A program made the position numbers and the translations under genes. The notes beneath the pieces were generated by a model. The model was not told the origin of the DNA. It searched no databases and worked only from the letters and a program-made list of their open reading frames with translations. Below are positions 59,803-64,000 of a DNA stretch of 64,000 bases, in pieces (position 1 is the first letter of the stretch; each line of letters starts with the position of its first letter). Source of the stretch: Eutreptiella sp. 'Long Island Sound 2002' (taxonomy: Eukaryota > Protista > Euglenida); NCBI GenBank assembly GCA_964036045.1, contig OZ038378.1, positions 131,626,001 through 131,690,000 of the forward strand, read 5' to 3'.

Positions 59803-59998
59803 CCCAAAATGGTTGTACAGAACAATGGGTTTCGTGGGCGCCAAAGATTTTGTTTTAGGCATATGGCAGGGGGACTTTTTTTTGTTCGACCCTATGTGTC
59901 CTTACTCAAAATACTCAGAATTTTGTGGAGAATTCAAAAATGGTCGAAAAGCACAAACAAGGATTTAGACCCGGACCGGGCCTCCGGGTCGGACTTGT
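59803..59998 (+). repeat. ~195-bp dispersed repeat, copy 1
   Basis: ccaaaatggttgtacagaacaatgggttt..tttgttttaggcatatgg..cgaccctatgtgtc..ttttgtggagaattc..tccgggtcggac, also found at ~63149-63345. Confidence 0.8.
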
Positions 59999-60039
59999 GT
60001 GGTACATTGTGCACCTGCACAACTGCCTTTTGGTAGATC

Positions 60040-61910
60040 ATACACTTGCATGCATGCCTGCATGATAGATTATGCAATGGTATGCATGCATATGTGGTAC
60101 ATAATGCAACTATATGCATGCCCGTGTAGCAGACTAAGCACTACATGCGTGCAAGTGTAGCAGATGCAGCTTATGTAGCAGAGTATGCAACTGCGTGCCA
60201 TACATGGGTGACGCATTATGCGAATGTATTCATGCCCGTGTGGCAAAAACAGCATGAGGAGTAGCGTATGTGAGTGCATGCATACTTGTTTCGCAAATTA
60301 TGCACATGTCTTCATGCCGGTGTGGCGGATATAGCGGGTGTAACATAATATGCGACTACGTGCCCTGCATGCATGCTTGTGTGGCGGAGTATGCAACCAC
60401 ATGTGTGGCACATTATGCAACTGCATGCATGCCTGTGTGTCCGATAGTCCAGTGTGTGCATGCCTGCATGGCAGATTGTGCAACTGCATGCATGCCTGTG
60501 TGGCGGGTTGTGCAGCTGCATGCATGCCTGTGTGGGACATACCACTACTAAAGCAGAATGTGGCAGATTGTGCTACCGCGTGTGTGGCAGATTATGTTGT
60601 TGCATGCGTGGGAGTGCGGCGAAAAATGCAGTGTGTGCATGCCTTTGTGGCAGATTGTTCGCCTGCATGCATGCCTGTGTAGCACAATCAACTTGTGGAG
60701 CAAAATGTGCAACTGCATGCATACCTGTGTGACAGATTATGCAAATGTATTCATGCCTGTGTGGCAAACACAAGTTGGTTGCAAAATGTGGGACGACATG
60801 CATACATGTGTGGCAGATTACGCAAATGCAAACATGGCTGTGTGGCAAATGCACCATTTGTAGTAGAATGTACGACTGCATGCGTATGCTTGCCCGCGTG
60901 TGTGGCAGAGAATGCCGTGCATGCATGCCTGTCTGGCAGATACAGCATATGTAGCAGTATATGTGACCGCATGTAACGGCGTGCAAGCTTGAGTGGCGGA
61001 TTACGTGGCTGCTTGCCTGTGTGTGTTGCACACCATGCGGTGCGTGTGTCGCAGATTATGCCGCTGAATGCCGGCCTATGGGGCAGATCCAACTTGTGTA
61101 GCAAATTATGCAACTACATGTGACGCAGATACAACTTGTTTAGCAAATTGTGCGCCTACATGCATGCTTGTGTAGCAGATATATCTTGTGTAGTAGAATA
61201 TGCAACGGTGTGTGTACGTGTGTGAGCCATCATGCAAATGTATTCATGCCTGTGTGGCAGTTACACCTGTGTGCAAAATATGTGACTACATGCCTACGCA
61301 CGTGGCGGATTATGCAAATGTATTCATGCTTGTGTGGCACATACAACCTTTTTAGTAGAATGTTCGACGGCATGCGATGCGACTGCACGCCTGCCTATAT
61401 GGCAGAGAACACCGTGCATGCATGCCTCTGTGGCGGATTTTGCACTTGGGTGCATGCCTGTGTGGCAGATACAACATTTGCAGCAGCATATGTAGTTGCA
61501 GGCCACTGCGCGCAAGCCTGAGTTGCCCATTATGGGACGGCATGCGTGCGTGTGTGGTAGACCATGCGGGGCTTATGTAGCAGATTATGCCACCGCATGC
61601 CTGCCTAACCGGCAGACCCAACTTGCGTACCAGATTATGCGACTACATGTGTGGCAGATACAACTTGTGTAGCAGAATGTGCCACTGCCTGCATACCGGT
61701 GTGACATATAATGCCGATATATGCATGCATGTGTGGCAGATATAGGCTGCGTAGCAGAATATGCGATTGGATGCTTACCTGTGTGATAGCTTATGTAGAT
61801 CTATTCATCTGTGTGTGTGGTCGGTGCAGCTTGCATGGCAGACCATGTGACTACATGCATGCCTGTGTGGCAGAGGCTGCATGTGTAGCAGAATATGTGA
61901 CTGCCTGCCT
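60040..61910 (+). repeat. Degenerate ~32-40-bp repeat (gcatgcatgcctgtgtggcagattatgcaact)
   Basis: Dense recurrence of tgcatgc, tgtgtggcaga and ttatgcaa with irregular spacing. Confidence 0.85.
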
Positions 61911-63148
61911 CCCTCCCTCTCTCCGTCCCGCACACATGCATGCAAGGGTGCTTGTGTGGCTTATTATGCAACAGGTGCCGCCCTGTGCAAGAGGCGCTTG
62001 AGCCCCTCTCGGGATTTGCCTCAACGCTCCCTGCATGGGTTGTGCTATGTTGTGCGGTGTTGTGCTTGCTCTCATTGGCTCGCGTGGGCGGGGGGGGGGC
62101 ACTGTGCTGCCACTCATGGCACCAATATTCGGCGGTCCGATCAAGACCCTTGCGGGCAGCTGATCGTTCAGCTTGGAGGGGTGTGCTGTTTTCAGCAATG
62201 GTCGAGTAACCGCCCTACCCAGCTTTGTTGCCGCCATGGTACCGCTGAACCTTGCAGCCCAAGGTCCTCATACTCTTTATCCATTGTTGCGGCGAATTTT
62301 CTACTACTATCCGCAGAGCATTTGATCCCTTGTTTTTTTTTTTTTTGGTGTGGACCAAGATGAGGTGGCGTAGCCTCCTCACCATATGGTACTCCCCCGT
62401 CCCACAGTCTCGCCCGTGTGAGAAGCACACCCCACGTGTTTCTTGTAGAGCTGTTTGGGACCATTGCCTCAAGCACCAGGGACCCTCAAGTGTTTGCTTT
62501 GGGTAAACAATGGGTGGATGCTTTTTGCAGTGGACGTCGGCACATGATATTTCTCCTTGACCCTTTGTTGCGCTGATACCAAAACACCAGTTTTCTTTTT
62601 TGAAGTGCAGGTTCTTGGTCACCTCGGGAGGCTGTGGTTTTTGTCTAGGTTCTTAGGCCCCAGTCTCAGCCCGTTGTAATGGGGGGTCTGGTTGCTGGGT
62701 TTGCCAACCCCCCTCCCTTAATTGTACAACATGCCCCTCGGTTTGACAATGCCAATGGCCCCAGATCAGTTTTGGACACCTCCGTCTTATGGTATCTTTG
62801 AAACGCCCCGAGATCGTACCCATGCCCACTTCCGATTGCCCACTCTTGACTGCTGATACAGGGTGCAGGGTGCTTGAGGCCGGGTGCTTCCGGCCGGCAT
62901 TGGTGCACCGAGGGGGCCCAGTGTATTGTCACTGCCCACCATCTGGAGGCGGGTCATGTCCTCTGTCACGGTCCTCCGAGGCACCGGGTAGGCGGGGTTG
63001 CGGTGTTGTCACTGCCCATCGTACAGCAGTTGCGGCTTGCCCTACGACGGTCAAGCGATCAGAGTCATTGGCCCTTAGTTTGGGCTTCATTGCCTATGTC
63101 CTCGGGATGCGGCCCCCGGAATGCTTCCTCTCCATCAATCTATGCCTC

Positions 63149-63345
63149 CCAAAATGGTTGTACAGAACAATGGGTTTTGTGGGCGTTGGAGGCGCTAGAG
63201 ATTTTGTTTTAGGCATATGGCGAGGGAAAATTATTTTGCTCGACCCTATGTGTCTATACTACTCAGCATTTTGTGGAGAATTCGAAAGTGCCTGAATAGC
63301 CCAAAAGAGGATTTTTACCCCTACCCGGGCTCCGGGTCGGACCTT
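63149..63345 (+). repeat. ~195-bp dispersed repeat, copy 2
   Basis: Direct-orientation homolog of 59803-59998. Confidence 0.8.
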
Positions 63346-64000
63346 GGCTGATGGGAGCCTGACTTGATCGGCAAATTTGTTTGGCAAAATTTTTACCCGA
63401 CTTGTGCGTATTCAAAATGATCAGCATGTCATGGGAATCATTTTTGGGTATGTATGTTTGGGTCCCCACCGGCCACACCCCTAGGGAGCCCGACGGCTGA
63501 CCCCCCGACCCGTTGACCCCCAAGGGCCGGGTCAACCAAGGGGGGCGGGTGGGGTCCGCCCCCTCTACAGCGCCCAAAGCTGTCGCACACCCGTGGGGGT
63601 CACACATTGGCTGGGGGCGGCCCCCGTGGGGCCAACATTGGAGAAACAAACAAAGTGGATCTGGGCGTGCACTGCTGCACGCAATCGGCCACCATACGCC
63701 ACAATAGGCGAACCACGTTTCGTCTACGCCAGTTGCAGCCCAACCCATCCAAACAATAATATTTCATCTTGGCGTCTCGGCGGGCTCCCACCAAATACCC
63801 GGGAAATAGGCCTAAAGTAGGGGTTTTCCCCATACATTTGGAGACAAAATGACACAAGAGCTTTGCATACGTCTTACACCCTAGTTTTGACGTCAGTCTT
63901 TAGCTATACTTCCCATACCTGTGATTACTATGCATCAAATGCTAAACTGAGGCTCATGCCTTGGGATTAAGTTGATATTGCTTTCGCTGAAAAGTCACCT

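Noticed and set aside
1-64000. Assignment of a source organism
   Set aside because: There is no marker gene. GT-AG introns and the TE content indicate only a repeat-rich eukaryote.

Overview
Eukaryotic, intron-containing DNA made up almost entirely of transposable elements and tandem repeats. The organism cannot be identified from this window, and I found no recognisable host gene, rRNA, tRNA or CRISPR array. The main result is a family of TIR DNA transposons encoding a DDE transposase whose motif series resembles the RAG1/Transib catalytic core, plus a separate multi-exon accessory gene. It occurs three times: a near-complete copy B (41519-47928, minus), an internally deleted and tandemly amplified copy A (30413-58578, plus), and a divergent 5' part, copy C (1-~830, minus). 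Its termini are GC|GTTTGAA...TTCAAAC|GC rather than CAC..., and its introns carry the same hairpin motif as its subterminal regions. Copy A is the outer layer of a four-level nest: copy A > a foldback-like element with inverted GGGGAATTAT arrays > an APE-RT-RNase H LINE with a 16-bp TSD > copy B plus a 5.8-kb two-gene piggyBac-like element. The first 30 kb holds two more degenerate APE-RT-RNase H non-LTR retrotransposons. One of them is bracketed by ~1.5-kb diverged direct repeats containing a conserved hairpin-rich block. Satellites and minisatellites of about 150, 72, 79, 85, 60/65 and ~32 bp are also present. All protein assignments come from manual translation and motif recognition, not database searches. 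Boundaries marked ~ are approximate.
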